NCBI GenBank assembly: GCA_963799305.1
Contig: CAWCWX010000004.1
Location: 43,320 to 107,319 of the forward strand
Reading direction: 5' to 3'
Source: an uncultured Acidobacteriota bacterium
Lineage (GTDB): Bacteria; Acidobacteriota; Terriglobia; Terriglobales; Acidobacteriaceae
Length of the DNA: 64,000 nucleotides
Under the pieces are notes generated by a model. The model ran no database searches, was not told the DNA's origin, and worked only from the letters and a program-made list of their open reading frames with translations. How positions within the stretch are numbered: position 1 is the first letter of the stretch; the number at the start of each line of letters is the position of its first letter. Made by a program: the position numbers and the translations under genes. This document shows positions 17,680 to 27,352 of the stretch, one piece after another.

Positions 17680-19715
17680 ATCGCAACACGATCCTCTGGC
17701 TTCAGATATAACTTGTCTCCCGGCGCGATCCCAAACGCTTTGTACCAGGCCTCGACATTGCGGACTGTATCACTACGATATTCCCCCGGCGCGTGTGTGT
17801 CCGTGGTGATCTGCGCGCGCAACGCGGCTTCGCTTTGAACCTTCCGCCATCGCTGCGCGAACGCCAGGAAGAATCGTTGCTCGCCGGTGAGTCCGTCGAT
17901 GACGACGTCCGTCTTGCCCTTCAATGACAGTATGTAGGCGTCATGCGCGACCAGCAACCCAGCCAAGTCGGCAATATTTTCTCCCAGGACTCGCCTGCCA
18001 TTGACGCAAAGATCGGAACGCGGGCAGTAGCCGTCAAACTGCGTCACCAATTTGATAGCGGCGGCATCGTACTTGGCGAGGTCTTCCGCTGTCCACCAAT
18101 TGCCGAGGCGCCCTTGGGCATCGTAAATGTTGCCGAGTTTGTCGAAGCTATGGCTGACTTCGTGCGCGATCCCGGCGCCGGCAGAACCATAATTGGAGGC
18201 CGCGTCGCCCTGGCTGTCGAAGTATGGTGGCTGAAGGATGCCGGCGGAGAAAAACTCGGCATTGGGACTGAACATGATCACCGCGCCCACGATTTGCGGA
18301 TCGATGCTCCACTCGTTTGGATCAGCCGGTCGTTTTAACCTGGCGAGATTCTGCAAATGATTGAACGCTTCCGCCCGGCGCATATTGCCGAAGGCGTCAT
18401 CGCGCGTGATATCGAGCGTGGAATAATCGATCCAAGTGTTGGGATAGCCGACGCCTATCCGGAGCGCAGCCAACTTGGCCAGCGCCTTTTCTTTTGTCTG
18501 CGGGGACATCCAGGTGAGGTTTGAAATGCGGTTGCGATATGCGGCGATCAAATTGCCGACCATGGTTTGCGCCGCCGCCTTCGCTTCCGGCGGAAAATAA
18601 CGTCGCGTATAGAGTTGGCCGACCGCCTGTCCCAAGGCGCCGTTGGTGGCGTCGATGGCTTTCTTGCTATGGTCTGGCGCTTGCTGCGCCCCCGCGAGGA
18701 TCTTGCCGTAGAAGGCGAAGTCCTCGGCCGCGATCGCTTTGGGCAATACGCTGGCGTAATGTTCGATCAGGTGAAACCTGAGATAGTCCTTCCACACATC
18801 GAGGCTCTCGCTGCTCACCAGCGCGGACGTGCCGGCCACGGCTGAGGGCTGCCAAACGATGAATTCGGGTTGATCATCAACTCCGGCCGATTTGAAGTAG
18901 GCGTTCCAGTCCATGCCAGGCGCTTTGACATTGAACTCGCTACGCTTCCACGGGTTGTTCTGTTTGAAGACGTCAGTCGCATCAGAGTCAGGAGCATGAG
19001 CTTTCGCGATCCCGATCTCGAGCGCCAAAACACGCGCTGCCTTACTGTCCGAGTCTGCAACACCAGCCAGTTTCAGGACCGCCGCCATATGCGCCTGATA
19101 CTGATTGCGCAACGCAGCCATCTTCGGAGAGGGATCGATGTAGTCCTGGCGATCCGGCATGCCCAGACCGCCCTGCAAAAGGTGGAAGATGTAATGCTCA
19201 GAGTCTTCGAAACCCTGATTCACCCACACTCCGAAAATATGGTCGGCATTGGATGTTAGCCCCTCAACCTCGGTATTCAAGGTGCTCCCTAGATAGTCCG
19301 ATAGCGACGCTTTGTCGGAGATCGCCGCGACTGCGCCCATTTCATCGGCGAGTGGCGTTAACGCCTTCGCCTCGATTCGTTCTTCGTCCGTGAATGCGGC
19401 GTAGTAGTCGCCAACTTTTTGCGTGACGCTGCCCTTAGGAGCCCGAGCCGAGGCTGCCTCTTGAATCAGATTGCGTACCCGCTCGTTCGTCTTCTCTATC
19501 AACATTGCGCTCGTTCCGTAGCTCGACTGGCCGGAGGGGGCGGCCGTCGCTTTGAGCCATCCACCATTCGCGAACCGGTAGAAGTCATCACCGGGCTTGA
19601 CGGAACGGTCCATGTCCTGCGAGGCCGCGTTTTGAGCGACTTGTGCGGGGACGGGAATTACGGAAACCGCGAGAGCGAACAGGGTGACCACGAAAATATC
19701 GCGAAGAGAAGTCAT
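17673..19715 (-). CDS. M13 family zinc metallopeptidase (neprilysin/PepO-like)
   Basis: The ORF track gives 17673..20075. ATG 19715 (AGGAG upstream) yields the signal peptide MTSLRDIFVVTLFALAVSVIPVPAQ. Motifs are HEVSHSFD (HExxH), NAEFF and GENIADLAGL. The stop overlaps the CN-hydrolase start by 7 nt. Confidence 0.9.
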   Translation of the reverse strand: MTSLRDIFVVTLFALAVSVIPVPAQVAQNAASQDMDRSVKPGDDFYRFANGGWLKATAAPSGQSSYGTSAMLIEKTNERVRNLIQEAASARAPKGSVTQKVGDYYAAFTDEERIEAKALTPLADEMGAVAAISDKASLSDYLGSTLNTEVEGLTSNADHIFGVWVNQGFEDSEHYIFHLLQGGLGMPDRQDYIDPSPKMAALRNQYQAHMAAVLKLAGVADSDSKAARVLALEIGIAKAHAPDSDATDVFKQNNPWKRSEFNVKAPGMDWNAYFKSAGVDDQPEFIVWQPSAVAGTSALVSSESLDVWKDYLRFHLIEHYASVLPKAIAAEDFAFYGKILAGAQQAPDHSKKAIDATNGALGQAVGQLYTRRYFPPEAKAAAQTMVGNLIAAYRNRISNLTWMSPQTKEKALAKLAALRIGVGYPNTWIDYSTLDITRDDAFGNMRRAEAFNHLQNLARLKRPADPNEWSIDPQIVGAVIMFSPNAEFFSAGILQPPYFDSQGDAASNYGSAGAGIAHEVSHSFDKLGNIYDAQGRLGNWWTAEDLAKYDAAAIKLVTQFDGYCPRSDLCVNGRRVLGENIADLAGLLVAHDAYILSLKGKTDVVIDGLTGEQRFFLAFAQRWRKVQSEAALRAQITTDTHAPGEYRSDTVRNVEAWYKAFGIAPGDKLYLKPEDRVAIW

Positions 19716-19779
19716 GGATCTCCTTTCAAACGAGCTACACCCGCGACGCGAGTTGCACTGGATATCTCGCAACACTCCG

Positions 19780-21306
19780 TCAAACGACGATTGGCATGGA
19801 TTGAAGGGGCACTGAGATTGCCGCAGCCACTTCTTGATTCGTACGGGTCCTCTTACTTTCACGAACAGGGCGCTGGCTGCAGATTCTCCAGAGATACATA
19901 GCAGCGTAAGCGCGCCATGGTCTCCAGGGTTCGGCGCGCAATTCGAGCTCGCGGGCGTTCTCCAGAGCCATGGCTTGCAAGAGCCCGAGATCGCTGGAGG
20001 GAAATGCATCGGGCTCCCCGAGCGCGCGCATGGCGACGTATTGCGCCGTCCACTTTCCAATGCCAGGAATTTCACAGAGCCGGTTCAGAAGGGACTCGGA
20101 ACTAGCGCCTCCCTCAAAGCGAATCTTGCCCTTACAGACTGCGCGAGCCAGCGTCCGAATGGTTTCTGCTCGCGCTCCGGTCAAGCCGATCTCGCCAAGG
20201 GGCGCATTGGCAAGAGCTTCGGGCGTGGGAAAAATGTGAGTGAGTTCCACTGCTCCGAAGAACGGTCTGCCAAAACGACTTGCCATGCGGCCGGCCATGG
20301 CCGTTGCACCTTTCACAGTGATCTGTTGTCCGAGAATTGCACGCACGGCAAGTTCGAATCCGTTCCAGGAGCCTGGTACCCTGACCCCAGGATCGGTTTC
20401 CACACCCGCAGATAGAACGGGATCGTCTCTGAGGCTTTGCACGATAGCAGCCCAATCCGCGTTCAGGTCGAACATCGAGCGGACTCGTTCCACAATGGAG
20501 AACAGCAATTGGGGATCACTGAAAGCGATCCGCAGAAGAAGCGCGTCGCGATCTTCCGCGAGGGCAACTTCAAAATAACCGTCGCGGCCATGCAAGGAAA
20601 TGGTCCGCCGATATTTACCATCTTCCACAAGTTCGACGCCTGGTGTGGCTCGTGCTGCCAGAAAGTCCAACATGGCCTGCCAGTGATATGGAGGACGAAA
20701 GTGAAGACGGAAAAGGTAATGATTGTCGGGTTGGGTTTCTGTCTGCCGCGCCAGCCGCCGGATTTGAGTGGGCGTTCGATGGTAGACGTTCCGAATGCCC
20801 GCGTTGAATCTCCGAACGCAGCCGAATCCGGAAGCCAGTGCAACCTGATGCATGGGCAGATTGGTTTCGTCGATGAGCTTTTTCGCGAAGTGTAGACGGC
20901 GAGTCTGAGCCACCGCGATCGGAGTGGCTCCGAGATGTTTCAAAAACAACCGGCGCAGGTGCCTGGCACCAACCCCCAACCGTTCCGCGAGAACATCCAC
21001 TCCTCCTTCGTCCAGTCCACTCTCGCCAATCAATCGCAATGCTCGTGACACTGTGTTTGAAGTTCCCAGCCACGCTGGTGTCCCGGGAGAGCTTTCCGGA
21101 CGGCACCGCAAGCAGGGGCGAAAGCCGGCTTCAGCGGCCGCGGCCGCAGTCGGGAAATAACGAACGTTTTTTTCCTTCGCGGTAGGGGCGGGACAAATCG
21201 AGCGACAGTAAACACCGCTGCCGACGACGCCGATAAAGAATTTACCGTCGAATCGGGGGTCGCGCGTCAGCCGGGCCCGCGAGCATGTCTGCAAATCGAG
21301 ATTCAT
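19780..21306 (-). CDS. Ada-type Zn-finger/AraC HTH fused to a DNA-3-methyladenine glycosylase II (AlkA) domain
   Basis: 508-aa ORF with the Ada Cys cluster (VYCRSICP...FRPCLRCRPE), an AraC-type HTH, and HhH-GPD strings (IPGIGKWTAQYVAMRALGEPDAFPSSDLGL). Confidence 0.9.
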   Translation of the reverse strand: MNLDLQTCSRARLTRDPRFDGKFFIGVVGSGVYCRSICPAPTAKEKNVRYFPTAAAAAEAGFRPCLRCRPESSPGTPAWLGTSNTVSRALRLIGESGLDEGGVDVLAERLGVGARHLRRLFLKHLGATPIAVAQTRRLHFAKKLIDETNLPMHQVALASGFGCVRRFNAGIRNVYHRTPTQIRRLARQTETQPDNHYLFRLHFRPPYHWQAMLDFLAARATPGVELVEDGKYRRTISLHGRDGYFEVALAEDRDALLLRIAFSDPQLLFSIVERVRSMFDLNADWAAIVQSLRDDPVLSAGVETDPGVRVPGSWNGFELAVRAILGQQITVKGATAMAGRMASRFGRPFFGAVELTHIFPTPEALANAPLGEIGLTGARAETIRTLARAVCKGKIRFEGGASSESLLNRLCEIPGIGKWTAQYVAMRALGEPDAFPSSDLGLLQAMALENARELELRAEPWRPWRAYAAMYLWRICSQRPVRESKRTRTNQEVAAAISVPLQSMPIVV

Positions 21307-21558
21307 TTCGTTGCTTCGAATTCTTCGCCCTGTCTGCCCGAATCATAGCCCACTCCGAAGAGCGTAATAGACGTTTTCGGACTGCAATCCACGGCAGATA
21401 CTGATTGAAGTAGCCACGTCCGGAAACGTCTCATTCGCGCGAGTCGCGTCCGCAATCGTCCATCCCGTCGTTATCCACTTCGTTATGATGGCGCTGGCAG
21501 TGAGGATACCTGGCGAGTCCAAACAACTGCCGAACGATTGCTGTCGCTTTCTTGCGCC

Positions 21559-21840
21559 ATGCCTCCCCGCCTTCGCCACTGCGTCGAGTGCCCCAAATGC
21601 CATACCCGATATCTGCTGCGCTTCAGCCGGTATAGTAATGGGTCGTTCTTGAGGCCATTGGCGGAAGCGCTTGCAGAGGAGTGGACGCTGCATTGCTCCT
21701 GCGCCAGACCTTACCTTTCCAGTCGTTGGAACTGGAGTGAGTTGAAGCAATACGCGATTACAACTCGCGCGTACGAGCTCGGTTACGGCCCTCCAGAGGA
21801 GATCGTACCCGTGAGCGCTCACTCGCGGACCTCCAGGTAG
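21559..21840 (+). CDS. Hypothetical small Cys-rich (zinc-ribbon-like) protein
   Basis: ATG 21559 lies within ORF 21538..21840. The product starts MPPRLRHCVECPKCHTRYLL and later has HCSC. Third-position GC bias is consistent with coding. It competes with an antisense ORF, 21343..21822. Confidence 0.35.
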   Translation: MPPRLRHCVECPKCHTRYLLRFSRYSNGSFLRPLAEALAEEWTLHCSCARPYLSSRWNWSELKQYAITTRAYELGYGPPEEIVPVSAHSRTSR

Positions 21841-22217
21841 GGGCGACTATGTACTGTCCCACTCAACCTGCAAGTATCGGGCGACACCCAATGGAATCCA
21901 CTAAGAGATGTACTATCAATCACTTGCCTAGTACGTCTGGTCGATAAATCGAACGCCAAGATCAACAGCCATGACCCAGGGGGCCGGCTGTCCCACCAGA
22001 ATGACGCCGATCGTCGAAAGTCGGCAACCAAGTAATCGCGGCTGGAAACTCATGTAACTGGTGAAATAGCACACAGGTGGTCTGTGCCAAAATCGACTTC
22101 GTGGCATCTTATCTAACATGGCTGTAGGGTTTGCGATTCCCGGCAAACCCGGAATGTGGGGTTCCGGTGAAACAGTTGGGAAAAGTTATCCGGGCGGTGC
22201 AGGCTTTTGGCCGCGAG

Positions 22218-23090
22218 ATGTCCCGGCCGCCGAATGCGGTCGAAGCCAAACGTGTCCCCGCAATAGGTCTCGCTTTGGGCGGAGGCTTTGCGCGAGGCAT
22301 CGCGCACATTGGGGTTCTTAACGTCCTCGAAGAAGAGGGCATTCCCGTTCGCATGATTGCAGGCACCAGTGTGGGCGCAATCATGGGTGCAGCGTACTGC
22401 AGCGGACTCACCATTACAGAACTGGAAGGGCTCGCCCACAAAGTTCGCTTCACAACTTTCGCGCGCTGGACGCTCTCCCGCTATGGTTTCGCCTCCAATG
22501 ACCGCATGACTTCGTTCTTGAAGCGGACTTTGAAAGTGCAGACATTTGAAGAGTTGCGGATCCCTCTCCTCGTGACGGCGACCGACTTTAACACCGGGGA
22601 AGGGGCGGTTTTTCGCTCCGGTTCCATCATCGATCCGGTGCGAGCGAGTTGCGCCTATCCGGGAATGTTTCTGCCCGTAGAAATGGACGGGCGCTGGTTG
22701 GTAGATGGCATGCTCTCCCACCCGGTGCCGACGTGTCCCCTTCGCGCAATGGGCGCGGACCGAGTGCTGGCCGTCCATTTGAAAGGACAATGGTCGAAGT
22801 CGACCGCGCCTCGGCATCTCTTCGACGTGATCGGACAGTCCTTCGCCATCGCGCAAGACATGATGAGTCCGGTATGGAAAAGCGCGGCCGATGTCGTCGT
22901 CGAACCCGATGTGGCTGGTTTTGACTATGACGATTTCGCGCGCGCCGACGAATTGATGCATGTAGGCGAACTTGCGATGCGCCGCGCCCTCCCCGAAGTG
23001 CGCCGATGGATGCAGATTCGGGCGGAGGAGGCGGCTCCCGCGAAAACGGGTGCGCTGGTCGCAAGACCTGCACCCATGCCGGCGCGCTGA
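22218..23090 (+). CDS. Patatin-like phospholipase
   Basis: The ORF track starts at TTG 22131; I prefer ATG 22218. Motifs are the oxyanion GLALGGGFARG, the nucleophile elbow GTSVG, and the catalytic Asp context VDGML. Confidence 0.85.
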   Translation: MSRPPNAVEAKRVPAIGLALGGGFARGIAHIGVLNVLEEEGIPVRMIAGTSVGAIMGAAYCSGLTITELEGLAHKVRFTTFARWTLSRYGFASNDRMTSFLKRTLKVQTFEELRIPLLVTATDFNTGEGAVFRSGSIIDPVRASCAYPGMFLPVEMDGRWLVDGMLSHPVPTCPLRAMGADRVLAVHLKGQWSKSTAPRHLFDVIGQSFAIAQDMMSPVWKSAADVVVEPDVAGFDYDDFARADELMHVGELAMRRALPEVRRWMQIRAEEAAPAKTGALVARPAPMPAR

Positions 23091-23127
23091 TCTGCGGCTT
23101 TCCTGGCGTGCCATTCGCCAGCCACGA

Positions 23128-24021
23128 TCAACGGCTGGACCGACCGGTTACGTTCCGCCGCGATTCAGTTTTCGCCGCGTCCAGCCTTTCCCCGATGGCC
23201 GCAAACGTGGCGGCGGGGCCTTTCCATCGCAACTGGTCTACTTCGTCGAAGAGTGGGATATCAGTGCGGAGGGTCGCGAGCGTGCGGAAGAGCAGGGCTT
23301 GGTCGTGCTCCAGCTTGAGAGTTTCTGCGAGGGCGCTGGCGTTGGTGGCATTCACTCGCCACTCACGCCAGTCGTTGGGAATGCTTTCGATGTGGATGAA
23401 CTTGGCGAGCACGGCAGCCGAAGATTTTGCTCCCCAGCCCCGCAGGCCGGGATAGCCGTCGGCCGCGTCGCCTACCAGGGCCAAGTAGTCGGGAATGGAT
23501 GCCGGCGAGACGCCGAACTTCTGGACTACGCCGGCTTCGTCGATCGTGACGCGGGTTCGACGATTCAGTTGGACAATGCGCGTGCCCTGCACACATTGGG
23601 CGAGGTCTTTGTCGGGAGTGCAGATGATCACTTGCTCGACGCGCGAATCTCGAGCGGCGGCGACGGCTGCGGCGGCTAGGGCGTCGTCGGCTTCGAACTC
23701 GATCATCGGCCACACCACTACGCCGGCGGCTGTCAGGACTTCTTCCAGCAACGGGAATTGCGCTAACAGGTCGGGTTCGATGCCGTCGCCAGTCTTGTAG
23801 CCCGCCCACAGCTGGTTGCGAAACGATTCGATGACGTGGTCGGTGGCTACCGCCACGTGGGTGGCGCCGGCCTTCATCATGCCGAGAACAGAGGCCAATA
23901 CACCGCGGACGGCGGCAACCTCGTGGCCGTCTTTATCGCGGGCGGAGGGGAGCGCGTAGTAGTGGCGAAAAAGTTCGTAGGTGCCGTCGACGAGGTGGAC
24001 TTCCAAAGCGCGAGCTCCCAC
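23128..24021 (-). CDS. 5'-3' exonuclease / flap endonuclease family protein
   Basis: 297-aa ORF with LVDGTYELFRHYYA, THVAVATD, FRNQLWAGYKTG, EADDALA, PDKDLAQCV, and the H3TH region IPDYLALVGDAADGYPGLRGWG. Confidence 0.85.
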   Translation of the reverse strand: MGARALEVHLVDGTYELFRHYYALPSARDKDGHEVAAVRGVLASVLGMMKAGATHVAVATDHVIESFRNQLWAGYKTGDGIEPDLLAQFPLLEEVLTAAGVVVWPMIEFEADDALAAAAVAAARDSRVEQVIICTPDKDLAQCVQGTRIVQLNRRTRVTIDEAGVVQKFGVSPASIPDYLALVGDAADGYPGLRGWGAKSSAAVLAKFIHIESIPNDWREWRVNATNASALAETLKLEHDQALLFRTLATLRTDIPLFDEVDQLRWKGPAATFAAIGERLDAAKTESRRNVTGRSSR

Positions 24022-24126
24022 ACCACGCTATAGGAACGGTATCGGGTGGATCAACTCGCTTCGTGGTTCAACATTCCCGATTCGGTTTCTTCCGCTAGAC
24101 TGAATCACGGGGTGAGGATCACGCTC

Positions 24127-27100
24127 ATGCATGATTTTGGGTTCCGGCAGTGCCGGCGTTTCATTTGGTCAGTGGTTGTCCTGGTTGCGGTTTCGGTCTC
24201 TGCTCAGTCGGTTGCTCCCGAATTATTCAATGGGTTGAAATGGCGATTGGTTGGGCCTTTTCGAGGCGGCCGAGTGGTCGCGGTCTCGGGAGTGCCCGGG
24301 GATTCGACTACTTTCTATTTCGGAGCCGTGAACGGCGGCATCTGGAAGACGACGGACGCCGGCACGGTTTGGACCCCGATTTTTGATGGGCAAAGCGTCG
24401 CATCGATTGGCGCGCTGGCGGTGGCGCCATCGGATCCGAAGATTATTTATGCGGGAACGGGCGAGACAGATATTCGCGCCGATCTTTCCTCGGGCACGGG
24501 TATGTACAAATCGGTCGATGCCGGACAAACCTGGACGCACATCGGCCTCGACGAGACACGGCAGATCGGCCGCATCGTGGTTGATCCACAGAATCCGGAC
24601 GTCGTGTATGTGGGCGCCTTGGGGCATGTGTACGCTCCGAATGAAGAACGCGGCGTGTACAAGTCGACCGACGGCGGCGCGCATTGGGCGAAGGTTCTCG
24701 ACCGCGGACATGAAACTGGAATTTCAGATCTCACGATGTGTTCCGGAAATCCTCGGCTGCTGTTTGCGGGGGCTTGGCATACCTGGCGTCCTCCGTGGAG
24801 CACTTACGCTACGGTCGATGGCCCCGGCAGCGGGCTTTTTCGATCTGCGGACGCCGGCAAGACCTGGTCTTCCCTTAGCGGGCAGGGGCTCCCCGAGGGC
24901 GATTGGGGACGCGTAGGGGTTGCGGTTTCCGCTGATGGCAAACGGGTCTACGCGCTGATTCAGGCGAAGAAAGCCGGACTCTACCGTTCGGATGACGGTG
25001 GCGATACGTGGGTCCTGGCGAATGCCGATCCGCGTCTAACGGGCCGGGCATGGTACTTCAATCGGATTACGATCGACCCGAATAATTCCGACGTGATCTA
25101 TATGCCGAATGTGGCTCTCTATCGTTCGGAGGATGGCGGGAAGACGATTTCTGTTGTCCGGGGCGCGCCGGGCGGGGACGACTATCACGAGCTTTGGATC
25201 GACCCGAAGAATTCCTCCAGCATGGTGCTGGGGACGGATCAGGGGACGACCGTCAGTCTCGACCGCGGCCGGACCTGGAGCACCTGGTACAACCAGCCCA
25301 CAGCGCAGATGTATCACGTCATCACCGACAACCAGTTTCCTTATGTTGTCTACGGCACGCAGCAGGACAGCGGTAGCGCAGCCGTGCCCAGCCGCACGAA
25401 CCACGACCAGATCACACCGCGCGACTGGTTTCAGGCGGGCCCGAGCGAGAGTGGTTACATGGCTCTCGATCCCAAGGACCCGAACATTGTTTATTTGACG
25501 GGACCCTTCGGCAGTGTTTCGCGTTACGACCGGCGCACGGGCCTCAGCCAGGACATTACGCCGTGGCCATTGTTTCTTTTCGATCGCGAGGTCTGGGAGC
25601 GCAAGTATCGCGCGCCGTGGACTCCGGTGCTGGTCTCATCGCCAGCCGACCCCGACACGCTCTTGCTGGGGACCCAGTACCTGATGAAAACTCGGGACGG
25701 AGGTTTGCATTGGGAGACGATCAGTCCCGACCTTACCGGGGCCAAGCCAGATGCGAGCGGCGCCAAATCCCAAAGGCCGCCGACTGTCGAAGATGCCAGG
25801 CAGCGTGGATTGGGCGTGGTGTTCACGATTGCACCCTCGCCGCTCAATCGCGATTTGATATGGGCCGGAAGCGATTCGGGGCTGATCCATCTCACTCGCG
25901 ATGGTGGAAAGAGCTGGAAAGACGTTACTCCTCGCGGCCTCAGCGATTGGAGCAAGATCTCGTTGATCGAGGCGTCGCACTTTGATCCCGCCGTTGCCTA
26001 TGCGGCTGTCGATCGTGCTGCCTTGGATGATCGCACTCCCTATATTTATCGTACGCGTGACTACGGGGCGACCTGGGATCTGATCAGCAGTGGACTTTCC
26101 GCGCCGGCATTTGTGCGGGCGGTACGCGAAGATCCAAAGACCAAAGGCCTGTTATTTGCGGGAACCGAACTCGGTGTTTACGTTTCGTTTGACGATGGAG
26201 ACCATTGGCAGCCGCTGCAACTGAACTTGCCGGTCACTGGTGTTCGCGACCTGACGATTCACGGCGATGATCTGGTGGCGGCAACTTTCGGCCGCTCGTT
26301 CTGGATTCTGGACAATATCTCTCCACTTCGGCAAACGTCTGAGACCTCGAAAGCAAATGCCGCATGGCTCTTTCATCCCGCGACGGCGGTCCGCGTGGAC
26401 AACGACTCATTTTCCGGAACGCCCCTTCCGCCCGAAGAGCCGACGGCGGACAATCCTCCGAACGGGGCGATGATCGACTACTTCCTGAAGAAACCGGCAA
26501 GCCGGGTGGAGTTGGAGATTTTCGACGCGCAGCAGAACCTGGTCCGAAAGATCTCATCTGAAGATCCAGTATCGGCAAAACATGCCTCGCTTCCGGTCGC
26601 CGAGCGATGGTTTCCCAAGCCCGAAGTTCTGGAGAAGACTCCCGGTATGCACCGATTTGTGTGGGGATTGAACTGGGGCAGTTCGGGCGAGCCCGTGGCC
26701 GACGAAGATGCCGACTCAAATAACCCTAGCGGGCCCAAGGTGATACCCGGAAATTATCAAGTGCGGCTTACGGTGGATGGTCAGACCTACAACTCTTCTT
26801 TACAAGTGGTGATGGACCCGCGTGCCGCTGCCTCTCCGGAAGTGCTGGTGCAGCAGCTGCAGTTGGGCAGGAACATATTTGGCGAAGCGACGTCAGCGTC
26901 GATTGAGCTTAAGGAAATCGCTGCAGTACAAAAACAGCTTGCCAAACTCCTGGAGAAGGCGGCCGCGATGAACCCACAACTCAAGTCGGCGGTGGCGGAG
27001 GCTCAAGCCAGCCTGGGGAAAGTTCTCAAGCATGAGAGTACCGCGACCGATCAGAGTCCGGGACTTCAGGAGGCTTACCAGGGATTAACCTCCGCTCTTC

Positions 27101-27312
27101 GCGTGGTTGAGAGCAGCGATCGCACTGTGCCATCGCAGGCCATTGAGCTGTACAAGTTGTCGAGTCAACAGGTAAAAGCAAGTCTGCACGAGTGGACTAC
27201 ATTCAAGCGGGAAACCTTACCGGCGTTGAACCGGCAGTTGCGCGACAGCAATCTTGGTGCGATCTCCGTCAGCGAAGTGGAAAAGGAAGGGGATTCCCAG
27301 GACACTCGATGA
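24127..27312 (+). CDS. Secreted BNR/Asp-box repeat (sortilin/Vps10-like) glycosyl-hydrolase-like protein
   Basis: The ORF track gives 24046; ATG 24127 yields a signal peptide. Many SxDxGxTW boxes are present: TTDAGTVWT, SVDAGQTWT, STDGGAHWA, SADAGKTWS, SDDGGDTWV, TRDGGLHWE, TRDGGKSWK, TRDYGATWD. Confidence 0.85.
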   Translation: MHDFGFRQCRRFIWSVVVLVAVSVSAQSVAPELFNGLKWRLVGPFRGGRVVAVSGVPGDSTTFYFGAVNGGIWKTTDAGTVWTPIFDGQSVASIGALAVAPSDPKIIYAGTGETDIRADLSSGTGMYKSVDAGQTWTHIGLDETRQIGRIVVDPQNPDVVYVGALGHVYAPNEERGVYKSTDGGAHWAKVLDRGHETGISDLTMCSGNPRLLFAGAWHTWRPPWSTYATVDGPGSGLFRSADAGKTWSSLSGQGLPEGDWGRVGVAVSADGKRVYALIQAKKAGLYRSDDGGDTWVLANADPRLTGRAWYFNRITIDPNNSDVIYMPNVALYRSEDGGKTISVVRGAPGGDDYHELWIDPKNSSSMVLGTDQGTTVSLDRGRTWSTWYNQPTAQMYHVITDNQFPYVVYGTQQDSGSAAVPSRTNHDQITPRDWFQAGPSESGYMALDPKDPNIVYLTGPFGSVSRYDRRTGLSQDITPWPLFLFDREVWERKYRAPWTPVLVSSPADPDTLLLGTQYLMKTRDGGLHWETISPDLTGAKPDASGAKSQRPPTVEDARQRGLGVVFTIAPSPLNRDLIWAGSDSGLIHLTRDGGKSWKDVTPRGLSDWSKISLIEASHFDPAVAYAAVDRAALDDRTPYIYRTRDYGATWDLISSGLSAPAFVRAVREDPKTKGLLFAGTELGVYVSFDDGDHWQPLQLNLPVTGVRDLTIHGDDLVAATFGRSFWILDNISPLRQTSETSKANAAWLFHPATAVRVDNDSFSGTPLPPEEPTADNPPNGAMIDYFLKKPASRVELEIFDAQQNLVRKISSEDPVSAKHASLPVAERWFPKPEVLEKTPGMHRFVWGLNWGSSGEPVADEDADSNNPSGPKVIPGNYQVRLTVDGQTYNSSLQVVMDPRAAASPEVLVQQLQLGRNIFGEATSASIELKEIAAVQKQLAKLLEKAAAMNPQLKSAVAEAQASLGKVLKHESTATDQSPGLQEAYQGLTSALRVVESSDRTVPSQAIELYKLSSQQVKASLHEWTTFKRETLPALNRQLRDSNLGAISVSEVEKEGDSQDTR

Positions 27313-27352
27313 ACATCCAGGAACGCTAAAATTCGAAGGCGGAGAATCGACG

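Noticed and set aside
19716-20075. Upstream 120 codons of the 800-aa ORF for the M13 peptidase
   Set aside because: They overlap the 3' end of the Ada/AlkA gene. The internal ATG 19715 has an AGGAG and produces a canonical signal peptide.
20351-20361. AGTTCGAATCC, resembling a tRNA T-arm
   Set aside because: It lies inside the Ada/AlkA coding sequence, and no acceptor or anticodon stems can be drawn around it.
21343-21822. 159-aa minus-strand ORF between the Ada/AlkA gene and the patatin gene
   Set aside because: It has no motifs and poor coding appearance. The overlapping plus-strand Cys-rich ORF looks marginally better, and both calls are low confidence.
22113-23114. 333-aa minus-strand ORF overlapping the patatin gene, and similar long antisense ORFs at 47224..48105, 49093..50091, 56270..57244, 60801..61499 and 63196..63813
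   Set aside because: Each lies opposite a gene with strong family motifs. The translations are Arg/His/Pro-rich with no recognisable motifs.
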